From a virus (Duplodnaviria; Caudoviricetes): DNA of 64,000 bases. Shown in pieces: positions 56,445-64,000 of this stretch. Position numbers and translations under genes: made by a program. Each line of letters opens with the position of its first letter. Position 1 is the first letter of the stretch. The notes beneath the pieces were generated by a model that saw nothing but the letters and a program-made list of their open reading frames with translations, was not told the origin of the DNA and ran no database searches. The stretch lies in the IMG/VR virus record IMGVR_UViG_3300028805_000037, positions 192,001 through 256,000 of that record. One strand, written 5' to 3'.

Positions 56445-58664
56445 ATGTTTAAAAAGACAGCTAAACTTGAATTTAAGAAGATATATGCCTCTGATAATAA
56501 TGGTAATTATTATTGGAGAGATTTTGTTAAACAAGCCAATACTCAACTAGCCACTGATTCTAATTTTGTACCTAAAAATTTCTATGAATACAATACAGAT
56601 AAATTCCTTTATTTGACTGCGAGAGCAATTTCTTCATTAGAATCTTGGGGACCTAATGGAAATTTTGATGCATTTCCTTGGGAAGAATTAAAGAAATCAT
56701 ATCCTACTTTTTGTGGTAAAGGTTTTTATATTGAACATAAAGAAGATGATGAAAATGATGCAAAAGGTATAATATTAGATGCACAACCAGATGAAGACAA
56801 TGAATTTATTAATTGTATATGTGCAATATCTAAAGAAGAATACCCTGAAATATGTGATGATATATTAAATGGAAGATTAAATCAAGTATCAATGTCATGC
56901 TTGGCTTCTTCCTGTGAATGTAGTAGGTGCCATAATGTAGCTACTAAAGAAGAAGAACTTTGTGAACACATGAACCCAGAACATCCTCATTTTTGCAAAG
57001 GTTCACTTGATGAAAATAATAAACCTATATATGAAATCAATAGAGATATAGTATTTACTGGTTTATCTGGTGTTGCAATCCCAGCAGATAAAGATGCTTT
57101 TATATTTGATATTAAAGCAAGTAAAAAACAAAGAACTACAATAGATAAAGAATATAATAAATATTTAAGAGCTAAAAAAGAATATGAATATATTAATTCT
57201 TTATTAGAAAAAGAAGATATACGTAAATATATAGAATCTCAATTGAAGAAAGCATTTGAAGATATTAAAGGTAAATCTTGGGAAGATGTATTAAATAAAA
57301 TATCTGAATTAGGTTATGAATTTGATGAACATTATTATGATGAACCATATAAATTTATTACAGTATTAAAAGATAATAAAGAATATAAAATAAAATTATT
57401 TGGTTATAATAATGGTTCATATGAAGTAATTAGTATTGTAGATACAGGTAAAACATATAAAGATTTAGATGATTTTTTACTTAATTCTAGTTTAAAGAAA
57501 AAAGCTGGTAAATTTAATCTTTCAAAAGAAACTATAAAAGGAATGGTGATAGATGCCTTAGATTTATTAAAATCAGAACACACAATGTATAATAAGCAAT
57601 TTAATACAGACGATGAAGTATTAAAAGTACAACTTGAACAGAGAGATAAGGAACACGAATTTTTTAAAAAATGGAGAGGATATGATTATGGTAATTTTGT
57701 AAATAGACATAATGATACTTTTCATAAATTATATACAAATCAAATTTCTATTGAGCAAGCTGTTGAACAAGTAAAAGCACTTGAAGATCAAATTCATAAT
57801 TATGATTCACTTAATCCACATAAAAAAGCTAATCTTAAAAAGAAAGCAGATATAGAATACTTTTCAGATAAAGTTCAAGAAATTCCAGAAATTGATTTTT
57901 ATACAGAATTTATGAATGCTGGTAAATCTAAAGGTAATTCAGAAGAAATAAATAAAGAACAATTAGAAATGGGTAAAAAAGTTGAGATGGAACATACTAC
58001 AAATCCTATTATAGCAGAAAAGATAGCTATGGATCATATTAAAGAAATACCTAATTATTACAATTTACTTGCAGAAATGGAAGCTTCAGCTAAAGCAAAC
58101 TATGAAGTTGCTAAGCAAGAAATAAATAAAGAAATCAATGAAGAATATCCTACAAAACAAGCATCTAAACAATTCTTTAAAATTAAAAAAGCAAGTTGGG
58201 AAGTTAAAAAAGATAAAGATAATAAGTATCATATTTTAACTCCTGATGGAAAATATAAAAATAGTAAAGGTGAAATATATAAATTTGATACTGAAAAAGA
58301 TGCACTTGAAGAAATGGAATATTTAAAAGCTGAACATAAATATGAAAATAAAAAACAAGCATCTAAACAATTCTTTAAAATTAAAAAAGTATCTAAGAAA
58401 TGGTTTAAAATAGCTAGTGTTTATGATGATCCTGAAGATAGAAACGAAATAGATGAATATGGTTTAAATCAATTAGAAAGAGAAACTCTTGCTGATGTTG
58501 TATGGAATATAAATAGAGTTAATGAAGAATCATATATAACTTGGGAAGAATTAATTGAAAGTATACCTACTGATATAATATCTTATGATTTTATGAATAA
58601 AAATAAAGATAAAATAATAGAATTTATTCAAAATGAATTGGAACAAGATATAGAAGTATATTAA
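56445..58664 (+). CDS. prohead protease with C-terminal accessory domains including a DUF5661-like domain
   Basis: NGNFDAFP, YIEH, QVSMSC, CECSRC, GLSGVAIPAD; MGKKVEMEHT...IAMDHIKE.PNYY. Confidence 0.75.
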   Translation: MFKKTAKLEFKKIYASDNNGNYYWRDFVKQANTQLATDSNFVPKNFYEYNTDKFLYLTARAISSLESWGPNGNFDAFPWEELKKSYPTFCGKGFYIEHKEDDENDAKGIILDAQPDEDNEFINCICAISKEEYPEICDDILNGRLNQVSMSCLASSCECSRCHNVATKEEELCEHMNPEHPHFCKGSLDENNKPIYEINRDIVFTGLSGVAIPADKDAFIFDIKASKKQRTTIDKEYNKYLRAKKEYEYINSLLEKEDIRKYIESQLKKAFEDIKGKSWEDVLNKISELGYEFDEHYYDEPYKFITVLKDNKEYKIKLFGYNNGSYEVISIVDTGKTYKDLDDFLLNSSLKKKAGKFNLSKETIKGMVIDALDLLKSEHTMYNKQFNTDDEVLKVQLEQRDKEHEFFKKWRGYDYGNFVNRHNDTFHKLYTNQISIEQAVEQVKALEDQIHNYDSLNPHKKANLKKKADIEYFSDKVQEIPEIDFYTEFMNAGKSKGNSEEINKEQLEMGKKVEMEHTTNPIIAEKIAMDHIKEIPNYYNLLAEMEASAKANYEVAKQEINKEINEEYPTKQASKQFFKIKKASWEVKKDKDNKYHILTPDGKYKNSKGEIYKFDTEKDALEEMEYLKAEHKYENKKQASKQFFKIKKVSKKWFKIASVYDDPEDRNEIDEYGLNQLERETLADVVWNINRVNEESYITWEELIESIPTDIISYDFMNKNKDKIIEFIQNELEQDIEVY
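58154..58389 (+). repeat. 38 bp direct repeat (58154-58191, 58352-58389) encoding KQASKQFFKIKK
   Basis: read directly. Confidence 0.9.
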
Positions 58665-58687
58665 TATATATAAAAGGAGTAATAAAA

Positions 58688-58966
58688 ATGGCACCACATC
58701 AAGAGAAGAAAAATAATATTACTAGTTACTTTGATTTAAAATCATTAATAACTATATTAGGAATCATAGGTTTTGGTTTATTTTGGATCTTTACTATAAA
58801 TGGAATACCTTCAAGAGTAACAACATTAGAAACAAAGGTCGAAATGTTAGAAAGAAGTATAATTAAAAATGAAACACAAACTGAACTTATATTAAATGCT
58901 ATATATGAAATTCGTAATAATATACAAAATATAACATTACAAGTAAATAATAAAAAAGGTAAGTAA
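58688..58966 (+). CDS. single-TM coiled-coil protein (holin-like candidate)
   Basis: LITILGIIGFGLFWIFTI then coiled coil. Confidence 0.55.
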   Translation: MAPHQEKKNNITSYFDLKSLITILGIIGFGLFWIFTINGIPSRVTTLETKVEMLERSIIKNETQTELILNAIYEIRNNIQNITLQVNNKKGK

Positions 58967-58968
58967 TA

Positions 58969-59391
58969 ATGAGTAAATTTTTTAAAATTAAAAAAGCATC
59001 TGAAAATGAAATATATACATCATTAAGTAATAAACAAGTTTCTATTACTAGTGATATATTAAAACAATATGTAAGAAAAGATGATGATCCAATTGATGGA
59101 CTTATTGATTTTACACCAAATGATGAATCATATATAAAATGGACAATAAGAGTAGTTAACACTGGTATTGGTCAAGCTAGATTAGAAGTTAAAGTTTTAG
59201 ACATACAAATTAAAGGTAATATAGAATATGAAATAGAAAATAGTTATGAACCAATTATTATAGAAAATATTGTATTACCTATAAATGAAATAAATGTTGA
59301 TATAAACTTTAGTACAAATTTAATAGCTGTAGATTATATTGATTATAATGAAAATGGTAATATAAATGTAAATTTTTCAAGTTTAACCTGA
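58969..59391 (+). CDS. protein with MSKFFKIKKAS leader; 3' end altered by IS insertion
   Basis: leader nearly identical to protease internal linker. Confidence 0.7.
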   Translation: MSKFFKIKKASENEIYTSLSNKQVSITSDILKQYVRKDDDPIDGLIDFTPNDESYIKWTIRVVNTGIGQARLEVKVLDIQIKGNIEYEIENSYEPIIIENIVLPINEINVDINFSTNLIAVDYIDYNENGNINVNFSSLT

Positions 59392-59437
59392 AAACAAAAG
59401 AAATCTCTTTCCTTTAGGGAAGAGATGAAATTTGTAC

Positions 59438-59466
59438 TTGACATAAACAATAAAATAAGTTATAAT
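59438..59466 (+). promoter_or_regulatory. consensus sigma70 promoter of the IS element
   Basis: TTGACA-N17-TATAAT. Confidence 0.8.
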
Positions 59467-59494
59467 ATGGTATATCAAAAAAGGATATACTATA

Positions 59495-59629
59495 ATGTAT
59501 AAAGTAGATAAGAACAGAGGTTCGGTAAGTAGTATAATATATCATCTAATTGTTTGTGTAAAATATAGACAAAAAGTATTCAGAAATGTTACAGTTGATA
59601 TATTGAAGGAATATATTGAAAATCAATGA
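59495..59629 (+). pseudogene. tnpA: internally deleted Y1 transposase TnpA (44 aa)
   Basis: N-terminal YHLIVCVKYRQKVF joined directly to C-terminal VDILKEYIENQ; HUH motif missing. Confidence 0.85.
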
Positions 59630-60780
59630 TACAAAATAAAGCATATAAATTTAGATTATATCCAAATAAACAACAACAAGAACAAATAGATAAAACTATT
59701 GGTTGTTGTAGATTTTTATATAACATCATGCTCTCAGATAAGATAGATTGTTATCAAGAGAATAAAACAATGCTATATAATACTCCGGCTATGTATAAAG
59801 ACTTTTATTATTTTCTTAAAGAAATAGATAGTTTAGCATTAGCAAATGTACAGTTAAACTTAGAAAGAGCATATAAGAATTTCTTTAAGAATATAAAAGT
59901 AGGATTTCCTAAATTTAAAAACAAACATAAATCTAAATGGTGCTATACTACAAACAATTTAGGACAAATTCAAATTGAGAATAATAAAATAACATTGCCT
60001 AAATTAAAAGAAGTTAAAATTGTACAACATAGACAAATAAAAGGTGTAATTAAATCTTGTACAATAACAAAAACAAGAACAAATAAATATTATATATCAA
60101 TATTGTGTGAATACGAAAACCAAGTTGAACCAATATTGATAAATATGCAAAAGTCTAAAATGGTCGGTTTAGACTATTCAAGTTCACATTTCTTCGTTTC
60201 TTCTGATGGTGAAATTGCAGATTATCCAAAATTTTTTAGAAATAGTGAAAAGAAATTAGCCAAAGAACAAAGAAAGTTGAGCTTGAAGAAAAATAAAAAG
60301 TCAAAAAATTATCAAAAGCAAAAGTTAAAAGTTGCTAAAATCCATGAGAAAATTGCTAACCAAAGAAATGACTGGTTACATAAGAAGTCAAGTGAGTTAG
60401 TAAATGCTTATGATTGTATCTTTGTTGAAGATATAGATATGAAATCAATATCAAGATGTCTAAATTTAGGTAAATCAACAATGGATAATGGATTTGGGTT
60501 GTTTAGGAATATGATAGAGTACAAAGTTAAAGAACAAGGGAAATGTTATATGAAAATAGACAGATTTTCTCCTACAACCAAGTTATGCCATGTATGTGGA
60601 TATAAATATGAAGATATAAAATTATCAGTTAGGGATTGGACTTGTCCTATTTGCAAGACATATCATAACAGAGATATAAATGCGGCTCAAAATATATTAG
60701 CTTTTGGTAGAGAAATATTATTTAGAGGTAGGAACTGCCTTGATAGCTCTGTAGTATATTCTGGTAGTAAACAGAATTAA
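59626..60780 (+). CDS. tnpB: RNA-guided endonuclease TnpB
   Basis: AYKFRLYP, GFPKFK, VGLD, VED, CHVCG, CPIC..HNRDINAAQNI. Confidence 0.95.
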   Translation: MIQNKAYKFRLYPNKQQQEQIDKTIGCCRFLYNIMLSDKIDCYQENKTMLYNTPAMYKDFYYFLKEIDSLALANVQLNLERAYKNFFKNIKVGFPKFKNKHKSKWCYTTNNLGQIQIENNKITLPKLKEVKIVQHRQIKGVIKSCTITKTRTNKYYISILCEYENQVEPILINMQKSKMVGLDYSSSHFFVSSDGEIADYPKFFRNSEKKLAKEQRKLSLKKNKKSKNYQKQKLKVAKIHEKIANQRNDWLHKKSSELVNAYDCIFVEDIDMKSISRCLNLGKSTMDNGFGLFRNMIEYKVKEQGKCYMKIDRFSPTTKLCHVCGYKYEDIKLSVRDWTCPICKTYHNRDINAAQNILAFGREILFRGRNCLDSSVVYSGSKQN

Positions 60781-60828
60781 AATGAGAAGCTCTATGCTTT
60801 AGCTGAGAGTAGTTCACATGAGTAGGTA

Positions 60829-60857
60829 TTTACATTTTAATAAAAATTTATTATAAT
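60829..60857 (+). promoter_or_regulatory. sigma70-type promoter (class A)
   Basis: TTTACA-N17-TATAAT. Confidence 0.7.
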
Positions 60858-60888
60858 ATTTATAAAATAATTTAAAGGAGTAAATAAA

Positions 60889-61137
60889 ATGACTAAATGG
60901 ACTATTAAGAAACAAGCAGAAGATACTAAATATACAGATGAAGATAAGAAAATATATAATGAAACTACTAAATTAATGAAAGAATGTGTTGATATATTAA
61001 ATACATATATTATACAAAGTAAAGATATGAAATTTGAAGATTATGTAATAAATGATCAGCAAAGATCATATCGTAAACAAGATTTAGAAACATTGAAACA
61101 ATTAAAAGATTTTATTAAAAAATATTTTTGGAAATAA
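60889..61137 (+). CDS. small protein with MTKWTIKKQA leader
   Basis: AAGGAG RBS. Confidence 0.75.
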   Translation: MTKWTIKKQAEDTKYTDEDKKIYNETTKLMKECVDILNTYIIQSKDMKFEDYVINDQQRSYRKQDLETLKQLKDFIKKYFWK

Positions 61138-61153
61138 TTAAGGAGTAAAAATT

Positions 61154-61357
61154 ATGGCATTTAAAAAATCTGGTAGTCATAAAGATTCAAAAATAGAAGT
61201 AATAAAGCCAATAACAAAATTGCAAGCTAGCGAAAGTATAATTAAGTGTCCTAAATGTAAACAAGTTATAGGTAAAAAATTAGGTAATATATATCAAATA
61301 TTAGATAAACAATATGTATCTATGAATGGCATTGTTTGTCCAAAATGTGGGAGATAA
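61154..61357 (+). CDS. small Zn-ribbon protein
   Basis: CPKC twice; KLQAS site. Confidence 0.7.
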   Translation: MAFKKSGSHKDSKIEVIKPITKLQASESIIKCPKCKQVIGKKLGNIYQILDKQYVSMNGIVCPKCGR

Positions 61358-61360
61358 TAA

Positions 61361-61662
61361 ATGACTAAATGGATTGTTAAAAAGCTAATGAAGCTGAAGT
61401 TTTAAAAAATTTTACTGATCCTAAATCATCAAAAGCATTAATAACTGTATTAGTTAATGGTAATTATATTAAAGATGTTGATTTCGTATTAAATGATTTT
61501 GATGCTTATATACAATTACAAGATGTTGATAATCTTATAAACCAAGATAAAGATATTGATTATATAATAGATTATATTAATAAAATAAATATAAATATTG
61601 GATGGTTAGAAAAATTAAGACAAGAAAAAATACAATATGTTAAAGATATGTATAGACCATAA
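61361..61662 (+). pseudogene. MTKWIVKK(A) leader gene broken by a missing A at 61379-61383
   Basis: -1 frame open to 61662 (ANEAEVLKNF...DMYRP*). Confidence 0.65.
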
Positions 61663-61722
61663 TTTAGATCATACACATTCTATAATATTAGATAAAATTA
61701 AAAATAAAGGAGAGTAAATAAA

Positions 61723-62034
61723 ATGACTAAATAGGTAATAAAGAAAAAAGCATTTCTTGGTGATGAATTACCTATGCCTATACCTAATTCAATAGTAGGT
61801 TTATTAATTAGGTGTAATAAATATGATGGCAATAGATATACTAATATAGAATTAGCTGGTTATTTTGATAACAATAAAGGTAAAAGATATTATAATGATA
61901 AAATATCTAATGAAGAATTACAAAGTTTTAAAAAACAAGTTTTAAATGAATTAAAACCATTAGTAGATCAAATTGGAGAAAAATTTGATGAATTAGTTAG
62001 AGCAAAAGGTTTTATAACAAAAGATGAAGATTAA
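61723..62034 (+). pseudogene. MTK*VIKKKA leader gene with TGG>TAG at codon 4; in frame with ORF 61774-62034
   Basis: AAGGAG RBS before 61723; in-frame TAG at 61732-61734. Confidence 0.65.
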
Positions 62035-62067
62035 ATAAAATTAGTTGTGAAGATATATAAAAATATC

Positions 62068-62109
62068 AAAAATAGGTTAACTTAAAATCATTTTAGTTAA
62101 CCTATTTTT
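62068..62109 (+). terminator. intrinsic terminator (possibly bidirectional)
   Basis: AAAAATAGGTTAACT...AGTTAACCTATTTTT. Confidence 0.75.
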
Positions 62110-62115
62110 ATTTTT

Positions 62116-62131
62116 AATTTAAATTTAAAAA
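62116..62131 (+). promoter_or_regulatory. putative late promoter class C
   Basis: AATTTAAATTTAAAAA followed by hairpin GCCCA-CTT-TGGGC. Confidence 0.6.
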
Positions 62132-62175
62132 TTGATGCCCACTTTGGGCTAATTCTATTAAAAGGAGTAATCAAA

Positions 62176-63774
62176 ATGGCAGAAGAATTAAAAAAGAAAC
62201 TGAAAGCCGAAGAAGAAAATATTGATGAAACAAAGAAAAATGAAGAAAAGAAAAATGATGAAAAAGATATTAAAACTGAAGCTGAAACAGTTGAAACAAA
62301 AGTAGAAGACAAAAAAGATGAAGATACAGATGTAGAGAATACAATAGTATTAGATTCTGGTGCAGTTGTAGATGAAAATGAACAACCTGAAGAAACAGAA
62401 GATTTAGTAACTATTACGAAAGATGATGGTACTAAAATTTATGTTGATAAAGTTGAAGCTGAAACTGAAGATGAAAAGAAAGATATTTATGAAGCCATTG
62501 TATCAGCAGATGAAGCAGATGATGGTATGGCTGAATCAGTAGAAATTGGTGAAGAAATGTCTGATGAAATTAATGAAGGAGCTGATGTTGAAGCACCTGT
62601 TGTAGAAGATGAAGAAATTGAAGAGGCTTCTTATATTGGTGCAGCTTGCAATTCACATAAAGCTTCATTAAATAATTCTTATTTCATATTTAGAACTAAA
62701 GCTGGCAAAATATTAGCAGTTAAAGCCGGTAAATTACTTTCTAAACAGTTGAAGGCATCTTTACTTAGTAAAATAATTAGAAAGCAAGAGCTTCCTTCTC
62801 AAGAGACAGTTGTAAGTAAAATACTTGCTAAAATTGGTACAAGATTTTCTGATGTTAAAAGATATGTTAAAAAATTAGCATCTTTGGAAAAAGCAAATAT
62901 TACTAAAAAAGCTTCTATTACTTTACCTAAAATAGGAGATGAAGTTGAAATGAATGGCAAAACATTTAAAATTGTAGCTTCTAAGAAAGATGAAGTTATA
63001 CTTAATAATGGTAAACATCTTAAAGCAGCAGATTTAGCAACATCTGATACTAAAGATATTGAAGGTGATTCAAAACAGACTGTAGATAAAGATAAACAAT
63101 TAGAAACATTTTCTATAGATGAAAAAGATATAGAAGATTCTAATTATGAATCTACAATGGCTATTGATGGCAAAGAAGCAGATAAAGCTGATGAAGATGA
63201 TGTTAAAGCAGCAAAATCTAAAGTTAAAAATTTCTATAGTAGATTACCTGGTAAATCTGGTGTTGGTGGAGATCCTGATTGGGCACTTAAAGATTTTAAT
63301 TCATTAAGAAATAAAACAGTTGCTTCTCAAATTAAATCAATAAGAGAATTAACAAAACAACTCAGAGCAAAACAAGAAGAGATTGAAGCTAAAGAAAAAG
63401 AAAATAAAGAACTTCAAGCAAAATTGAATACAATTGAAGAATCTAAAAAATCAATGGAAAAACATGCTAAAATAACAAAAATATTGAAAGCAATGAACAT
63501 TGAAGATCCACAACAAAAATTTGTTATGGAAAAGAAATTTGCATCATTTAATGACAATCAATTAAATGCAGTATATGAAACATTAACAACAAATGTTGAT
63601 GCTGAAACAGACTCATATAACGAAAAAATGATAAATGAAGGAATGAATAAAGAAGCAAGTTTTTCAGCAGAAAGAATACCGGCATTTAATTTAAAAGATG
63701 AGCAGATAACAAGTGGTGAAGTTGATTACGTTTCATACTTGGCAGAAAGAGAAGAAAGAGAATTAAATAAGTAA
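62176..63774 (+). CDS. putative capsid scaffolding protein
   Basis: very acidic, coiled coil, many K-x(1-2)-AS sites, downstream of the protease. Confidence 0.65.
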   Translation: MAEELKKKLKAEEENIDETKKNEEKKNDEKDIKTEAETVETKVEDKKDEDTDVENTIVLDSGAVVDENEQPEETEDLVTITKDDGTKIYVDKVEAETEDEKKDIYEAIVSADEADDGMAESVEIGEEMSDEINEGADVEAPVVEDEEIEEASYIGAACNSHKASLNNSYFIFRTKAGKILAVKAGKLLSKQLKASLLSKIIRKQELPSQETVVSKILAKIGTRFSDVKRYVKKLASLEKANITKKASITLPKIGDEVEMNGKTFKIVASKKDEVILNNGKHLKAADLATSDTKDIEGDSKQTVDKDKQLETFSIDEKDIEDSNYESTMAIDGKEADKADEDDVKAAKSKVKNFYSRLPGKSGVGGDPDWALKDFNSLRNKTVASQIKSIRELTKQLRAKQEEIEAKEKENKELQAKLNTIEESKKSMEKHAKITKILKAMNIEDPQQKFVMEKKFASFNDNQLNAVYETLTTNVDAETDSYNEKMINEGMNKEASFSAERIPAFNLKDEQITSGEVDYVSYLAEREERELNK

Positions 63775-63825
63775 TCAAAAATGTAGTAAATGTAGTAAAT
63801 AAATTTAAAAAGGAGTATTACAAAA

Positions 63826-64000
63826 ATGTTAAACAGAGATTTTAATGCATTGACAGTAATAGGTGATTGTGATTTAGCAGTAATGAATATATATCAAGGA
63901 TCACCTTTGACTTTAGGAGTAAATGGTTATAAAAAAGCAACAAAAACAGATAAACTTGCAGGTTTTTCTTTCAACTATTATAATCAGTATAGAAATGATG
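63826..64000 (+). CDS. head-module protein (partial, runs off window)
   Basis: AAGGAG RBS, open to window end, follows scaffold. Confidence 0.55.
   Translation, partial: MLNRDFNALTVIGDCDLAVMNIYQGSPLTLGVNGYKKATKTDKLAGFSFNYYNQYRND

Larger units (their letters stand above)
59387..60817 (+). mobile_element. non-autonomous IS200/IS605-family element (deleted tnpA plus tnpB)
   Basis: TTTAA target at 59382-59386, left hairpin ATCTCTTTCC-TTTA-GGGAAGAGAT, right hairpin at ~60789-60810, TCAC end. Confidence 0.85.

Noticed and set aside
794-62312. Short ORFs antisense to or nested in long genes (e.g. 794, 2228, 4590, 7218, 7421, 9082, 10311, 12732, 21044, 21505, 30072, 54474, 55357, 62097)
   Set aside because: Shadow frames of AT-rich genes with F/L/I/Y-biased composition and no RBS.
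1-64000. Stop-codon reassignment (TAG or TGA) as in some gut jumbo phages
   Set aside because: Long genes are intact in the standard code and TAG/TGA end genes normally; the in-frame TAG at 61732 sits at a Trp position and looks like a point mutation.

Overview
An AT-rich segment of a large tailed dsDNA bacteriophage (standard genetic code, AGGAG ribosome-binding sites; host not identifiable from sequence). A short leftward gene block (1-6056) and a ~1.2 kb non-coding switch region precede a long rightward block. The rightward block has a replication/recombination module (Pif1/RecD-like helicase, DnaC-like loader, RecA, DnaE, split SbcC plus SbcD, DnaB, DnaG, ligase, DnaQ), two sigma-like proteins, terminase, class II RNR, three RNA ligases (RtcB, Rnl2-type, Rnl1-type) and the start of the head module (protease, scaffold). 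Mobile elements are three inteins and two TnpB-family genes. The strongest novelty candidate is an operon at 44839-49651: dNMP kinase, T4 beta-glucosyltransferase-like enzyme, a UDP-galactopyranose mutase fused to a GT-A DNA glycosyltransferase, dCMP deaminase and a T4 gp42-like dCMP hydroxymethylase. It predicts galactofuranosylated 5-hydroxymethylcytosine DNA. Other signals: a shared K-x(1-2)-A-S capsid-targeting/cleavage leader, three promoter classes with an RBS-sequestering hairpin around a late promoter, a degenerate GroEL-like protein, and a candidate large structured ncRNA. Family assignments come from motif recognition by eye; no database searches were run.
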